Below, piece after piece: positions 1-13,049 of a stretch of DNA of 64,000 nt. The notes below the pieces were generated by a model. It saw only the letters and a program-made list of their open reading frames with translations, was not told where the DNA came from and did not search any database. This DNA is from Escherichia coli. GTDB taxonomy: Bacteria; Pseudomonadota; Gammaproteobacteria; Enterobacterales; Enterobacteriaceae. The position numbers and the translations under genes were made by a program. Position 1 is the first letter of the stretch. The number at the start of each line of letters is the position of its first letter. The stretch lies in assembly GCF_044647545.1 (NCBI RefSeq), contig NZ_CP172818.1; one strand, written 5' to 3'.

Positions 1-706
1 TGGGATCAACGGTAATCCGCGCATCCGGGAAGCGTTTCTTCAATGCACGAACAGTGTCGATTTCTTGCTCGCCAGGTAACACTCCGCCCTTAAGTTTGAA
101 ATCTTTAAAGCCATAGCGATCCTGTGAAGCTTCCGCCAGACGCACAACGGCTTCGCTGTTCATCGCTTTCTGATGCCGCAATTGATACCACTCATGGTTG
201 CCCGGAGTATTTTCCAGATAAGGAAGATCGGTTTTGGTCCGATCACCGATATAAAACAGATAACCGAGGACGGTAATAGCATCGCGTTGCTTGCCTGGCC
301 CTAACAGTTCGCAGACCGGAACATTCAGCGCCTGACCTAGCAGGTCAAGCAAGGCGGCTTCCAGCGCCGCCACGGCATTAACGCGCAATTCAAAAGTCCA
401 GGCACCTTTGCCGAAGGTATCAAAATCGGCTGCCTGATTACCTTTATGCACCTGCTGAACCACTTTATTCAGTCGTGCGATCTCCTGGCCCAACACCATC
501 GGAATAGCCTCGACCAGTGTTTGATAAATCACCTCTCCGCCCGGCGCTTCACCAATGCCGGTATGCCCGGCGTTATCGGTGAGTACCACAATATTGCGGG
601 TGAAATATGCGTTATGTGCACCACCAATATTAAGCAACATGCTGTCATGTCCGGCGACCGGAATGACTTTCATATCAGTAATAACAGGACTGGATTGTGT
701 CGTCAT
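1..706 (-). CDS. gudX: Glucarate dehydratase-related protein GudX, N-terminal part (gene continues beyond the left edge of the window)
   Basis: Reverse-strand translation gives enolase-superfamily sequence (e.g. [53 protein letters not shown]) and the start [23 protein letters not shown] at 704-706; sits immediately downstream of gudP as in K-12. Confidence 0.85.
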   Translation of the reverse strand, partial: MTTQSSPVITDMKVIPVAGHDSMLLNIGGAHNAYFTRNIVVLTDNAGHTGIGEAPGGEVIYQTLVEAIPMVLGQEIARLNKVVQQVHKGNQAADFDTFGKGAWTFELRVNAVAALEAALLDLLGQALNVPVCELLGPGKQRDAITVLGYLFYIGDRTKTDLPYLENTPGNHEWYQLRHQKAMNSEAVVRLAEASQDRYGFKDFKLKGGVLPGEQEIDTVRALKKRFPDARITVDP

Positions 707-707
707 C

Positions 708-2060
708 TTATTGCCCCGCGACAGGTTTCAGCTCAATACGCTTGATATCGCCCACCAGCACCAGGTAGCTGAGTACCGCGATTAAGGCATGAACACCAAC
801 ATAAATCAGCGCCCCATTAAAGGAGCCAGTCGTGCCAACGATATAACCAATTGCGATTGGCGTGACGATGCCAGAAATGTTACCGAACATGTTGAACAGG
901 CCACCGGAAAGACCGCTGATCTCTTTTGGCGCGGTATCTGCCATTACTGCCCAACCCAGCGCCCCGATGCCCTTACCGAAGAAGGCCAGCGCCATAAAGC
1001 CGATGATCATCCACTCAACGTTGACGTAGTTGCAGAACACCATCACCATCGACAGCAACATGCCCATTACGATCGGTGTTTTACGCGCAATGTTCAGCGA
1101 TCCCGTGCGGCGCATCAGCCAGTCGGAAATAATCCCACCCAGCACACCGCCGATAAAACCGCAAACCGCCGGAACGGAAGCCACAAAGCCCGCTTTCAGA
1201 ATCGACATCCCGCGTGCCTGCACCAGATAAACCGGGAACCAGGTAATAAAGAAGTAAGTCAGGGCGTTGATACAGTACTGACCGATATAAACGCCGATCA
1301 TCATCCGTGACCCGAGCAGCTGTTTGATCTGCCCCCACTTCACGCTGAACGGTACTTTAACTTTGGTGTTTTGCTGATCCATATTGATCAGCGCGCCACC
1401 CGCCGCGATGTACTCCAGCTCTTTCTGATTTACACCCGGATGTTGATTTGGCTCGTGGATGACTTTCAACCAGATAAAGCTGATGACAATGCCCAGACCG
1501 CCCATAAAGAAGAAGACGTGTGACCAGCCCACTTCATGCGTCAGCCAGCCCATAATCGGCGCGAAGATCACCGTTGCGAAGTATTGAGCGGAGTTAAAAA
1601 TCGACACCGCCGTTCCCCTTTCCTGCGCCGGAAACCAGGCCGCTACAATGCGACTGTTACCGGGGAAAGATGGCGCTTCAGCAAGCCCGACCAGGAAGCG
1701 CAGCGTAAACAGGGCAACGATAATGCCGAATCCACTAAAAATATCGACGAAGCCTTGCAGCAAGGTAAACATCGACCAGATAAAGATCGACCAGAAGTAG
1801 ACGCGTTTTGAACCAAAACGATCCAGCAACCAACCACCAGGGATCTGCCCGATAACATAAGCCCATGAGAAAGCAGAGAACACATAGCCCATTCCCACAG
1901 GATCAAGGCCGATATCTTTGGCCATTTCCGAACCGGCGATAGAGAGCGTAGCGCGGTCGCCGTAGTTGAAGGATGTGACGATAAACAACATCACCACTAT
2001 CCAGTAACGAGCATTCGTGCGTTTTTCCACACTGCTCGCAGCCTGACTTAAAGAACTCAT
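708..2060 (-). CDS. gudP: MFS glucarate/galactarate transporter
   Basis: 450-aa ORF with multi-span hydrophobic MFS-like sequence; length and sequence recognised as GudP; stop codon 1 nt from gudX start. Confidence 0.9.
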   Translation of the reverse strand: MSSLSQAASSVEKRTNARYWIVVMLFIVTSFNYGDRATLSIAGSEMAKDIGLDPVGMGYVFSAFSWAYVIGQIPGGWLLDRFGSKRVYFWSIFIWSMFTLLQGFVDIFSGFGIIVALFTLRFLVGLAEAPSFPGNSRIVAAWFPAQERGTAVSIFNSAQYFATVIFAPIMGWLTHEVGWSHVFFFMGGLGIVISFIWLKVIHEPNQHPGVNQKELEYIAAGGALINMDQQNTKVKVPFSVKWGQIKQLLGSRMMIGVYIGQYCINALTYFFITWFPVYLVQARGMSILKAGFVASVPAVCGFIGGVLGGIISDWLMRRTGSLNIARKTPIVMGMLLSMVMVFCNYVNVEWMIIGFMALAFFGKGIGALGWAVMADTAPKEISGLSGGLFNMFGNISGIVTPIAIGYIVGTTGSFNGALIYVGVHALIAVLSYLVLVGDIKRIELKPVAGQ

Positions 2061-2494
2061 TGTTGCACTCCTGAAAATTCGCGTTAGCCACGCTCACTCT
2101 GGACTGCGACATCGCCAGGAAATCAGAGGTGACGTAGGGTGTTTTTTGCCGTTTTTATAGGTCGTTCGCCGAATGCGGCGCGTGTTTATATCTGGCAATA
2201 GCAGTATAAAAAGCGCGCCATAGCGGCTCACCGTGCAACAACACAACATTAATGCGTTCAATGAGGCCCGATTTTGGCATTAGCCCTGGACGGTGGAATC
2301 CACTTCACGGAAATGAAAACAAGAACAAGAAAGGAAGGGTTAAAACGAAGAAATAAAGAAGAGTATGAAATGGATCGCTTGACTCCAGGCAAACGCCAGT
2401 AAAAATCCGCACTATGAAGCAGTTTTTACTGGCATTTGCCTGAAAAGATTCGATTCAGCACTGCTAAAACGGCATTTACCGCTCGCTGAACATA

Positions 2495-2944
2495 TCAGGA
2501 CAACAGCGTGCCCCAATGTTCGACCCACGGATTTGATTCCGTTTCCGGTTCCGGGTTCTCACTGGCGTCAATCAACAGCATTTCTCCCACCCGCTGAGCG
2601 CTCTGTTCCTGCAACAAGGTATCGAACTGTTTGCCACCATTGCAGAAATTCACATAACTACTGTCGCCGAGCGCAATCACGCCATAACGCAGATTCGGCT
2701 GGAAGCCCAGGGTATCTTTAATTCCCTGAAAGAGCGGCACAATGCTATCAGGAAGGTCGCCCTGCCCGGTCGTGGACGTAACCACCAGAACATACTTATC
2801 CTGATAGGGCAGCCAGTCGCTTAATTCAGGATCTTCAAATACCGTTGCTTTGTGGCCCTGCGCGGTCAGAATTGCTTCCGCTTCTTCCGCCACTAACAGC
2901 GAATTTCCGTACATAGTGCCGACAAAAATACCAATTTCCGCCAT
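2495..2944 (-). CDS. yqcA: Flavodoxin-like protein YqcA
   Basis: 149-aa ORF, N-terminus [15 protein letters not shown] typical of flavodoxin fold; recognised as YqcA. Confidence 0.85.
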   Translation of the reverse strand: MAEIGIFVGTMYGNSLLVAEEAEAILTAQGHKATVFEDPELSDWLPYQDKYVLVVTSTTGQGDLPDSIVPLFQGIKDTLGFQPNLRYGVIALGDSSYVNFCNGGKQFDTLLQEQSAQRVGEMLLIDASENPEPETESNPWVEHWGTLLS

Positions 2945-2961
2945 ACCGTTTTCTCCCTGGA

Positions 2962-3744
2962 TTAGGAACTTATCTCTCCATCCTGACCCGATGGCGCACT
3001 GAACTCAACCCTTTCATTTTCAGGAAGCAGACCCCGCCAGCCAAATTGTGATAACGCCTGCATCCAGGTGTCGTCCAGGCCCGCGTGAATAGTCAGCGGC
3101 TCGCCAGTAAAAGGATGCGTCAATGACAACTGACTGGCATGCAGCATTAACCGCTGAAGGCCAAAATGTTCAGCACCGCTGCGATTCTGGCGTAAATCAC
3201 CATGTTTGCTGTCGCCAATAATCGGGTGGCGCAAATGGGCAAGATGGCGACGGAGCTGGTGCTTACGTCCGGTTTTCGGCTCCAGTTCCACCAGGCCGTA
3301 GCGCGTGGTCGGGTAACGTCCGGTCGCTACCGGCATTTCTACGGTCGCCAGACCGCGATAATGCGTCACTGCTGGCTGCGGGCCTTTATCTTCGCGGGCA
3401 AATTTATCAGCGATTTTGTCCAGTTCTTCCACCAGTGGATAATCCAGCACCGCTTCTTCCATCAACCAGCCGCGCACAATCGCATGGTAACGTTTCTGGA
3501 TTTGGTGCTGTTCAAACTGTTGTGCCAGCAGCCGTCCGGCCTCGCTGGATAATCCCATCAACAACACACCAGAAGTGGGTCGGTCCAGACGATGAGCAGT
3601 AAACACATGCTGGCCTATCTGGTCACGCACGGTTTGCATGACCACTACTTTCTCGTCGCGATCCAGCCAGCTGCGGTGAACCAGCCAGCCGGAGGGTTTA
3701 TTTACCGCAACCAGCCATTCATCCTGATAGAGTATTTCCAGCAT
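2962..3744 (-). CDS. truC: tRNA pseudouridine(65) synthase
   Basis: 260-aa ORF with RluA-family motif [12 protein letters not shown]; recognised as TruC (YqcB). Confidence 0.9.
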   Translation of the reverse strand: MLEILYQDEWLVAVNKPSGWLVHRSWLDRDEKVVVMQTVRDQIGQHVFTAHRLDRPTSGVLLMGLSSEAGRLLAQQFEQHQIQKRYHAIVRGWLMEEAVLDYPLVEELDKIADKFAREDKGPQPAVTHYRGLATVEMPVATGRYPTTRYGLVELEPKTGRKHQLRRHLAHLRHPIIGDSKHGDLRQNRSGAEHFGLQRLMLHASQLSLTHPFTGEPLTIHAGLDDTWMQALSQFGWRGLLPENERVEFSAPSGQDGEISS

Positions 3745-4073
3745 TAGCTCGCATCATCCGCAAAAAGAGCATCCAGTTTTTCCAGCTCAGCCAGAATAAG
3801 CGCGCGTTGCGGGTGGTCCGTCGCCAGCGCCATTTCATAATAGGGTGCAACGGCAAAAGCGCCCGGTAACGGCTGGTTGTTATCTAACAAATCATGCATT
3901 CGCGGGATCAGCACCCACTGCAACCACTCCAGTGGTTCCATGGTGTCCATAAAGAACGGTTGGGTACTGTTAAATTGATGCGGCTGGGGTTTATCGTTGC
4001 GCCAGTGCTGATGTTCACGCAGTAACGCTTCAAGCGCCTGCAACTGGAGACGAACGCGGTCATGAGTGGTCAT
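3744..4073 (-). CDS. yqcC: DUF446 protein YqcC
   Basis: 109-aa ORF whose stop overlaps the truC start; recognised as YqcC. Confidence 0.8.
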   Translation of the reverse strand: MTTHDRVRLQLQALEALLREHQHWRNDKPQPHQFNSTQPFFMDTMEPLEWLQWVLIPRMHDLLDNNQPLPGAFAVAPYYEMALATDHPQRALILAELEKLDALFADDAS

Positions 4074-4116
4074 AAAGCAACCTCAATAAGAAAAACTGCC
4101 GCGAAGGATAGCAGGA

Positions 4117-4485
4117 ATAAAAAAAGGGAGCACTGTATTCACAGTGCTCCCGGTTCGTTTCGCAGCATTCCAGCTACTTTTGTTGCTCCCTGCTCATCCT
4201 TGACAACTTTTCCTCTGGCCTTGCGGCCAATCGTTCATCCTGAACTATTGCTTCCTGCTCACACCACCCCGATGTGATACTTCATCCTGAAGTGTCCCTG
4301 GCCTTCCTGACCCACCGAATCATCCTGACCGGTTCTCATTCTCCATCCTGGAGGTGTCCTTTAACGCGTCCTGCGTCATCCTCTTCGCTTCATCCAGAAG
4401 CCTTTCCCTGAAACACCATCCTGGTGTGTCCTTCAGAAGTGTCATCATCCTGATGTTCACTTCGTTGTCTGACTCCCTGTCGACG
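4117..4485 (-). ncRNA. csrB: CsrB sRNA (CsrA-sequestering RNA)
   Basis: About 369 nt whose reverse complement contains many CAGGAUG / AGGA motifs (seen as repeated 'catcctg' on the + strand) and ends in a GC-rich hairpin plus U-tail (rc of 4119-4151); located between yqcC and syd as in K-12. Confidence 0.9.
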
Positions 4486-4694
4486 AAGATAGAATCGTCT
4501 TTTTCGCGAAGTCTTACAAGGCGCTTACAGACAATGCCTTAAGGAAAATTTCATATGAAAGTTAAGAATTGACAAGCAATATATTGATTTTAAATGAAAA
4601 TAACGATTCTTATCTTTTTAAGTATTCGCTTATTTCCTGGCGATCTCCTACAGAGTCTGTAAGAGATCTCTCACAACAAGATGGGGTATTTGGA

Positions 4695-5240
4695 TTACAG
4701 AAGAGGCTTAAGTTGATTAAGGAATTCCGCAAGATTTGAGGCTAAATGCGTCCGTTTGCGTGTTCCCAGCGTCTCTTTGCACACTTCACCGGAGAGATTA
4801 CACACCGAGATGACCTCTAACTCTTCTTCCAGCGTCGCGATAAATAGCGTGGGCGGCAGTTTTAGCCTTTTCTGAGTCACCAGATGACCAATCAGATTTT
4901 CCTGCACCCGACGGAAGTCGTCTTCACTCCAGGTTTGCAGCAATGTCAGTTTGATATCGCCAAACTGCGCGTGCATATCCCCGGCAAACTGAGTCGTATA
5001 AAAGGTATGAATTGTGGGTTGTATCACAATATCAAAAGCACGTTCAACCGCGTTTACATTTTGTTCCCCGGTAAACGGCTGGGGTTGCCAGTATACGGCG
5101 TCTTCGGTGGTTGAAATAATGCACGGTGAAGGAACACCGTACAGTTCCTCACTCAACGGCCAGCTTTTATGCTCTTCATGCCACGCATCGCAGTAGCGTG
5201 CAGTAAAATCTTTCAGGGCTTGTGCGGTCAAATCGTCCAC
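4695..5240 (-). CDS. syd: SecY-interacting protein Syd
   Basis: 181-aa ORF recognised as Syd. Confidence 0.85.
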
Positions 5241-5307
5241 TAATTTCTCTCTTCACTTAAACCAGATACACTTGTCGTTTAGTTTATCTGGTTTATGACG
5301 GTGAAAC

Positions 5308-6156
5308 ATGTCTTCTTATGCAAACCATCAGGCACTTGCGGGCCTGACTCTTGGAAAATCAACCGATTACCGGGATACCTATGACGCCAGCCTACTGCAA
5401 GGCGTTCCGCGTAGTCTGAATCGCGATCCGCTGGGTCTGAAAGCGGATAACCTGCCTTTTCACGGTACGGATATCTGGACGCTGTATGAACTTTCCTGGC
5501 TGAATGCGAAAGGTTTGCCGCAGGTCGCCGTCGGTCACGTTGAACTTGATTACACCAGCGCAAATCTGATTGAGTCGAAGAGTTTTAAGCTCTATCTCAA
5601 CAGTTTTAACCAGACGCGTTTTAATAACTGGGATGAGGTGCGCCAGACGCTGGAGCGCGACTTAAGCACTTGCGCTCAGGGTAAGGTTAGCGTGGCGTTA
5701 TATCGTCTTGATGAACTGGAAGGCCAACCGATAGGTCATTTCAATGGCACTTGCATTGATGACCAGGATATCACTATCGATAACTATGAATTCACTACTG
5801 ACTATCTGGAGAATGCCACCAGTGGCGAAAAAGTAGTAGAAGAGACGCTCGTCAGCCACCTGCTGAAATCAAACTGCCTGATCACCCATCAACCAGATTG
5901 GGGATCGATCCAAATTCAGTATCGTGGACGCCAAATTGACAGAGAAAAACTGCTGCGTTACCTGGTCTCTTTCCGTCATCACAACGAGTTCCACGAACAG
6001 TGCGTGGAACGCATCTTTAATGACCTGTTACGCTTCTGCCAGCCAGAAAAATTGAGCGTTTACGCACGTTATACCCGTCGTGGCGGTCTGGACATTAACC
6101 CGTGGCGCAGTAATAACGATTTTGTCCCATCGACCACAAGACTGGTTCGTCAATAA
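5308..6156 (+). CDS. queF: NADPH-dependent 7-cyano-7-deazaguanine reductase (queuosine biosynthesis)
   Basis: 282-aa ORF recognised as QueF (YqcD). Confidence 0.9.
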   Translation: MSSYANHQALAGLTLGKSTDYRDTYDASLLQGVPRSLNRDPLGLKADNLPFHGTDIWTLYELSWLNAKGLPQVAVGHVELDYTSANLIESKSFKLYLNSFNQTRFNNWDEVRQTLERDLSTCAQGKVSVALYRLDELEGQPIGHFNGTCIDDQDITIDNYEFTTDYLENATSGEKVVEETLVSHLLKSNCLITHQPDWGSIQIQYRGRQIDREKLLRYLVSFRHHNEFHEQCVERIFNDLLRFCQPEKLSVYARYTRRGGLDINPWRSNNDFVPSTTRLVRQ

Positions 6157-6267
6157 ATTTTTTCTCAATTTTGCGTGCTGGATTCACGCAGAAGGTTGTG
6201 AAAGGTCATCAGGCAGGGCTATTGTAATCAAAGGGAATGACGATATTCGTCCCATAAGGAGTTTTTC

Positions 6268-7632
6268 TTGATTACACATATTAGCCCGCTTGGCTCCATG
6301 GATATGTTGTCGCAGCTGGAAGTGGATATGCTTAAACGCACCGCCAGCAGCGACCTCTATCAACTGTTTCGCAACTGTTCACTTGCCGTACTGAACTCCG
6401 GTAGTTTGACCGATAACAGCAAAGAATTGCTGTCTCGTTTTGAAAATTTCGATATTAACGTCCTGCGCCGTGAACGCGGCGTAAAGCTGGAACTGATTAA
6501 TCCCCCGGAAGAGGCTTTTGTCGATGGGCGAATTATTCGCGCTTTGCAGGCCAACTTGTTCGCGGTTCTGCGTGACATTCTCTTCGTTTACGGGCAAATC
6601 CATAACACCGTTCGTTTTCCCAATCTGAATCTCGACAACTCCGTCCACATCACTAACCTGGTCTTTTCCATCTTGCGTAACGCTCGCGCGCTGCATGTTG
6701 GTGAAGCGCCAAATATGGTGGTCTGCTGGGGCGGGCACTCAATTAACGAAAACGAGTATTTGTATGCCCGTCGCGTCGGGAATCAGCTGGGCCTGCGTGA
6801 GCTGAATATCTGCACCGGCTGTGGTCCGGGAGCGATGGAAGCGCCGATGAAAGGTGCTGCGGTCGGACACGCGCAGCAGCGTTACAAAGACAGTCGCTTT
6901 ATTGGTATGACAGAGCCGTCGATTATCGCCGCTGAACCGCCTAACCCGCTGGTCAACGAATTGATCATCATGCCAGATATCGAAAAACGTCTGGAAGCGT
7001 TTGTCCGTATCGCTCACGGTATCATTATCTTCCCTGGCGGTGTGGGTACAGCAGAAGAGTTGCTGTATTTGCTGGGAATTTTAATGAACCCGGCCAACAA
7101 AGATCAGGTTTTACCATTGATCCTCACCGGCCCGAAAGAGAGCGCCGACTACTTCCGCGTACTGGACGAGTTTGTCGTGCATACGCTGGGTGAAAACGCG
7201 CGCCGCCATTACCGCATCATCATTGATGACGCCGCTGAAGTCGCTCGTCAGATGAAAAAATCGATGCCGCTGGTGAAAGAAAATCGCCGCGACACAGGCG
7301 ATGCCTACAGCTTTAACTGGTCAATGCGCATTGCGCCAGATTTGCAAATGCCGTTTGAGCCGTCTCACGAGAATATGGCTAATCTGAAGCTTTACCCGGA
7401 TCAACCCGTTGAAGTGCTGGCTGCCGACCTGCGCCGTGCGTTCTCCGGTATTGTGGCGGGTAACGTAAAAGAAGTCGGTATTCGCGCCATTGAAGAGTTT
7501 GGTCCTTATAAAATCAACGGCGATAAAGAGATTATGCGTCGTATGGATGACCTGCTACAGGGTTTTGTTGCCCAGCATCGTATGAAGTTGCCAGGCTCAG
7601 CCTACATCCCTTGCTACGAAATCTGCACGTAA
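6268..7632 (+). CDS. ppnN: Nucleotide 5'-monophosphate nucleosidase, LOG family
   Basis: 454-aa ORF recognised as PpnN (YgdH); contains the LOG-family motif region [10 protein letters not shown]. Confidence 0.85.
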
Positions 7633-8187
7633 TCTCCCTCCCCCGGTGACGTTTGTTGCCGGGTTTTCTCGTTTTTGGTCACATACCCATCAATTTATTT
7701 CATTTGTTATATGAATGTTTCTTACCCCCCTCACGCGATAAATATCATTACAGTTAATATGTCATACAATTTATGTTGTAACGCAAACGTTTCCCTATTT
7801 TCATAAACCACATTTTATCGCTATGAAAAAGAAATTATCGCCATGATTAACTAAAAGTATTGATTTTTTCAGTTCAACCTACATATATTGCGCGCCCCGG
7901 AAGAAGTCAGATGTCGTTTAATGGGCAAATATTGCCCTTAAATTCTCTTTTACTTTTGATTTACAGAGTAAAGCGTTGGGATAATCTATCTTCCAAGTAG
8001 ATTATTGTATTTGGGATCAAGATCACTGATAGATACATAACTTGTGTGTATCTTTCCGCCCTCAAATTATTACGGCGGTAAATGATTAAGCCATCGCCGA
8101 TAGACAGATTTCATTTTTACGGTCAGGCACCTTCCCGGGCTGAACTGGCTAAAAGCTGAATTATTTGCATTCCTCCAGGAGAAATAG

Positions 8188-9477
8188 ATGGAAACGACTC
8201 AAACCAGCACGATTGCGTCGAAAGACTCTCGTAGTGCCTGGCGCAAGACAGACACCATGTGGATGCTGGGCCTTTACGGCACGGCAATCGGCGCGGGCGT
8301 GCTGTTCCTGCCAATCAACGCCGGTGTTGGCGGTATGATCCCGCTGATCATCATGGCTATCCTTGCGTTCCCGATGACATTTTTTGCTCACCGCGGCCTG
8401 ACTCGCTTCGTACTGTCTGGTAAAAACCCAGGCGAAGACATCACCGAGGTTGTAGAAGAACACTTTGGTATTGGCGCAGGTAAACTGATTACCCTGCTCT
8501 ACTTCTTCGCTATCTACCCGATCCTGCTGGTTTATAGCGTGGCAATCACCAATACAGTTGAAAGCTTCATGTCTCACCAGCTGGGTATGACACCACCGCC
8601 GCGTGCGATTCTGTCGCTGATCCTGATCGTGGGTATGATGACCATCGTTCGCTTCGGTGAGCAGATGATCGTTAAAGCGATGAGTATTCTGGTATTCCCG
8701 TTTGTTGGCGTACTGATGCTGCTGGCTCTGTACCTGATCCCGCAGTGGAACGGCGCAGCACTGGAAACGCTGTCTCTGGACACTGCATCTGCAACCGGAA
8801 ACGGTCTGTGGATGACCCTGTGGCTGGCAATTCCGGTAATGGTGTTCTCGTTCAACCACTCTCCGATCATCTCTTCTTTCGCCGTTGCGAAGCGTGAAGA
8901 GTACGGCGATATGGCAGAACAGAAATGCTCGAAGATCCTGGCATTCGCACACATCATGATGGTGCTGACCGTAATGTTCTTCGTATTCAGCTGCGTACTG
9001 AGCCTGACTCCGGCAGACCTGGCTGCGGCTAAAGAGCAGAACATCTCGATTCTGTCTTACCTGGCTAACCACTTTAACGCACCGGTTATCGCGTGGATGG
9101 CTCCGATTATCGCGATTATCGCTATCACCAAATCCTTCCTCGGCCACTACCTGGGCGCACGTGAAGGCTTCAACGGTATGGTGATTAAATCTCTGCGTGG
9201 TAAAGGTAAGTCTATCGAAATCAACAAGCTGAACCGTATCACTGCGCTGTTCATGCTGGTAACGACCTGGATTGTTGCCACCCTGAACCCGAGCATCCTG
9301 GGTATGATTGAAACCCTGGGCGGCCCAATCATCGCGATGATCCTGTTCCTGATGCCGATGTACGCAATTCAGAAAGTACCGGCAATGCGTAAGTACAGCG
9401 GTCACATCAGCAACGTATTCGTTGTCGTGATGGGTCTGATTGCAATCTCCGCAATCTTCTACTCTCTGTTCAGCTAA
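8188..9477 (+). CDS. sdaC: Serine:H+ symporter
   Basis: 429-aa polytopic membrane ORF recognised as SdaC; GGAG Shine-Dalgarno upstream of the ATG. Confidence 0.92.
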   Translation: METTQTSTIASKDSRSAWRKTDTMWMLGLYGTAIGAGVLFLPINAGVGGMIPLIIMAILAFPMTFFAHRGLTRFVLSGKNPGEDITEVVEEHFGIGAGKLITLLYFFAIYPILLVYSVAITNTVESFMSHQLGMTPPPRAILSLILIVGMMTIVRFGEQMIVKAMSILVFPFVGVLMLLALYLIPQWNGAALETLSLDTASATGNGLWMTLWLAIPVMVFSFNHSPIISSFAVAKREEYGDMAEQKCSKILAFAHIMMVLTVMFFVFSCVLSLTPADLAAAKEQNISILSYLANHFNAPVIAWMAPIIAIIAITKSFLGHYLGAREGFNGMVIKSLRGKGKSIEINKLNRITALFMLVTTWIVATLNPSILGMIETLGGPIIAMILFLMPMYAIQKVPAMRKYSGHISNVFVVVMGLIAISAIFYSLFS

Positions 9478-9534
9478 GTCCTTTCGCGCCGCTTTCGGGC
9501 GGCGCTTCCTCCGTTTTAACGCGATGTATTTCCT

Positions 9535-10902
9535 ATGATTAGCGTATTCGATATTTTCAAAATCGGCATTGGCCCTTCCAGTTCTCATACCGTTGGACCA
9601 ATGAAAGCGGGTAAACAATTTACCGACGATCTGATTGCCCGTAACCTGCTTAAAGACGTGACCCGCGTGGTGGTTGACGTGTACGGCTCGCTCTCTCTGA
9701 CCGGTAAAGGCCACCACACAGATATCGCCATAATTATGGGTCTGGCGGGTAACCTGCCGGATACCGTGGATATCGATTCCATCCCTGGTTTTATTCAGGA
9801 TGTGAATACTCATGGTCGCCTGATGCTGGCAAACGGTCAGCATGAAGTGGAGTTCCCGGTTGATCAGTGCATGAACTTCCATGCCGACAACCTTTCTCTG
9901 CATGAAAACGGTATGCGCATTACCGCACTGGCGGGCGATAAAGTCGTTTACAGCCAGACTTACTACTCTATTGGCGGTGGCTTTATCGTTGATGAAGAGC
10001 ATTTTGGTCAGCAGGATAGCGCACCGGTTGAAGTTCCTTATCCGTACAGTTCAGCAGCCGATCTGCAAAAACATTGTCAGGAAACCGGGCTGTCACTCTC
10101 TGGCCTGATGATGAAAAACGAGCTGGCACTGCACAGCAAAGAAGAGCTGGAACAGCACCTGGCGAACGTCTGGGAAGTCATGCGTGGCGGTATTGAGCGC
10201 GGTATTTCCACCGAAGGCGTGTTGCCTGGCAAACTGCGCGTTCCACGCCGTGCTGCGGCACTACGCCGGATGCTGGTCAGCCAGGATAAAACCACCACTG
10301 ACCCGATGGCGGTTGTTGACTGGATCAACATGTTTGCACTGGCAGTGAACGAAGAGAATGCTGCTGGCGGTCGTGTGGTGACTGCGCCGACTAACGGTGC
10401 GTGCGGGATTATTCCGGCCGTGCTGGCGTACTACGACAAGTTTATCCGCGAAGTGAACGCTAACTCACTGGCTCGTTACCTGCTGGTAGCCAGCGCCATT
10501 GGTTCTCTTTATAAGATGAACGCGTCGATTTCTGGTGCCGAAGTCGGCTGCCAGGGTGAAGTCGGCGTGGCGTGCTCAATGGCGGCAGCTGGTCTGGCAG
10601 AACTGTTAGGCGCAAGCCCGGCGCAGGTATGCATCGCGGCGGAAATCGCCATGGAGCACAACCTCGGTCTGACGTGTGACCCGGTTGCCGGACAGGTCCA
10701 GGTACCGTGCATCGAGCGTAACGCCATTGCGGCAGTAAAAGCGGTGAACGCCGCGCGTATGGCGCTGCGCCGTACCAGCGAGCCGCGCGTCTGCCTCGAT
10801 AAAGTTATCGAGACCATGTACGAAACAGGTAAAGATATGAACGCCAAGTACCGCGAAACCTCTCGCGGCGGCCTGGCAATGAAGATCGTTGCCTGCGATT
10901 AA
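9535..10902 (+). CDS. sdaB: L-serine dehydratase (deaminase) 2
   Basis: 455-aa ORF recognised as SdaB; immediately downstream of sdaC. Confidence 0.92.
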   Translation: MISVFDIFKIGIGPSSSHTVGPMKAGKQFTDDLIARNLLKDVTRVVVDVYGSLSLTGKGHHTDIAIIMGLAGNLPDTVDIDSIPGFIQDVNTHGRLMLANGQHEVEFPVDQCMNFHADNLSLHENGMRITALAGDKVVYSQTYYSIGGGFIVDEEHFGQQDSAPVEVPYPYSSAADLQKHCQETGLSLSGLMMKNELALHSKEELEQHLANVWEVMRGGIERGISTEGVLPGKLRVPRRAAALRRMLVSQDKTTTDPMAVVDWINMFALAVNEENAAGGRVVTAPTNGACGIIPAVLAYYDKFIREVNANSLARYLLVASAIGSLYKMNASISGAEVGCQGEVGVACSMAAAGLAELLGASPAQVCIAAEIAMEHNLGLTCDPVAGQVQVPCIERNAIAAVKAVNAARMALRRTSEPRVCLDKVIETMYETGKDMNAKYRETSRGGLAMKIVACD

Positions 10903-11769
<867 letters not shown>

Positions 11770-11771
11770 CG

Positions 11772-11858
11772 GCGTGCCGGATGCAAACGATTATCAACAC
11801 ATTGAATTTAATGCACTTATATGCCGGATAAGACACGGCTAGCGTCGCATCCGGCATT
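11772..11858. repeat. REP-like extragenic palindromes
   Basis: gccggatgc ... gcatccggc motifs typical of E. coli REP elements, in the convergent xni/fucO intergenic region. Confidence 0.55.
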
Positions 11859-11873
11859 ATCACATCAGCGCAT

Positions 11874-13022
11874 TTACCAGGCGGTATGGTAAAGCTCTAC
11901 AATATCCTCAAGCGTTGCTTCACGCGGGTTGCCACCGGTACAAACATCATCCAGTGCCGCCTGCGCCAGTGCCGGAATGTCTTCCTTGCGTACACCAACA
12001 TCACGTAAATGTGGCGGAATACCGACATCACGGTTGAGAGCAAACACCGCTTCAACAGCGGCATTACGCGCCTCTTCCAGGCTCATACCTTCCACTTTCA
12101 CGCCCATAACGCGCGCGATATCGCGGTACTTCTCACCGGTAAAGTCAGCGTTATAGCGCATGACATGCGGTAACAGGATGGCGTTCGCAACACCGTGTGG
12201 CGTGTTGTAAAACGCGCCCAGTGGATGCGCCATACCATGCACCAACCCTAACCCAACATTCGAGAAGCCCATACCCGCAACATACTGCCCGAGCGCCATT
12301 TCTTCTCCGGCATCCTTATCACCAGCAACCGATCCTCGCAGCGCCCCAGCAATGATTTCAATCGCTTTAATGTGCAGTGCATCGGTTAGCGCCCACGCGC
12401 CACGGGTAATATACCCCTCAATAGCATGAGTGAGCGCATCGACACCCGTCGCAGCTTTCAGCGCTGGAGGCATACCATCCATCATGTCAGCGTCAATAAA
12501 CGCCACCTGCGGGATATCATGCGGATCAACGCAAACAAACTTGCGCCGTTTTTCTTCGTCAGTGATCACGTAGTTAATGGTCACTTCTGCCGCAGTGCCT
12601 GCTGTGGTGGGGATTGCCAGAATCGGTACACTAGGTTTATTGGTCGGGGAAAGCCCTTCCAGGCTACGCACATCGGCAAACTCCGGGTTGTTGCTGATAA
12701 TGCCAATCGCTTTACAAGTATCCTGTGGAGAACCACCACCAATAGCGATCAGGTAATCCGCGCCGCTATTCTGGAATACATCGAGCCCTTCTTTGACGAC
12801 AGTAATTGTTGGGTTGGGCACGACGCCGTCGTAAATCGCCCATGCCAGTCCTGCCGCATCCATCTTATCGGTCACTTTCGCCACCACGCCGCATTGCACC
12901 AGCGTTTTATCGGTGACGATCAGCGCCTTCTGATAACCACGGCGTTTCACCTCATCGGTTAAAGCCCCAACAGCCCCCCGACCAAACCATGCCGTTTCGT
13001 TCAGAATCATTCTGTTAGCCAT
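11874..13022 (-). CDS. fucO: L-1,2-propanediol oxidoreductase (lactaldehyde reductase)
   Basis: Iron-containing alcohol dehydrogenase ORF (382/383 aa depending on which of two adjacent Met codons is used) recognised as FucO. Confidence 0.92.
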   Translation of the reverse strand: MANRMILNETAWFGRGAVGALTDEVKRRGYQKALIVTDKTLVQCGVVAKVTDKMDAAGLAWAIYDGVVPNPTITVVKEGLDVFQNSGADYLIAIGGGSPQDTCKAIGIISNNPEFADVRSLEGLSPTNKPSVPILAIPTTAGTAAEVTINYVITDEEKRRKFVCVDPHDIPQVAFIDADMMDGMPPALKAATGVDALTHAIEGYITRGAWALTDALHIKAIEIIAGALRGSVAGDKDAGEEMALGQYVAGMGFSNVGLGLVHGMAHPLGAFYNTPHGVANAILLPHVMRYNADFTGEKYRDIARVMGVKVEGMSLEEARNAAVEAVFALNRDVGIPPHLRDVGVRKEDIPALAQAALDDVCTGGNPREATLEDIVELYHTAW

Positions 13023-13049
13023 CATCCTTCTCCTTGTTGCTTTACGAAA

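Noticed and set aside
4062-4542. Two + strand ORFs (71 and 62 aa) in the yqcC-syd gap
   Set aside because: The region is the csrB sRNA on the opposite strand (repeated CAGGAUG motifs, terminator); the ORFs are chance frames through a repetitive RNA gene.
8161-10002. 613-aa ORF on the minus strand spanning sdaC and sdaB
   Set aside because: It is antisense to two strongly supported genes, and its translation is His/Arg/Gln/Cys-rich with no recognisable domain; it is a shadow ORF of GC-rich coding sequence.
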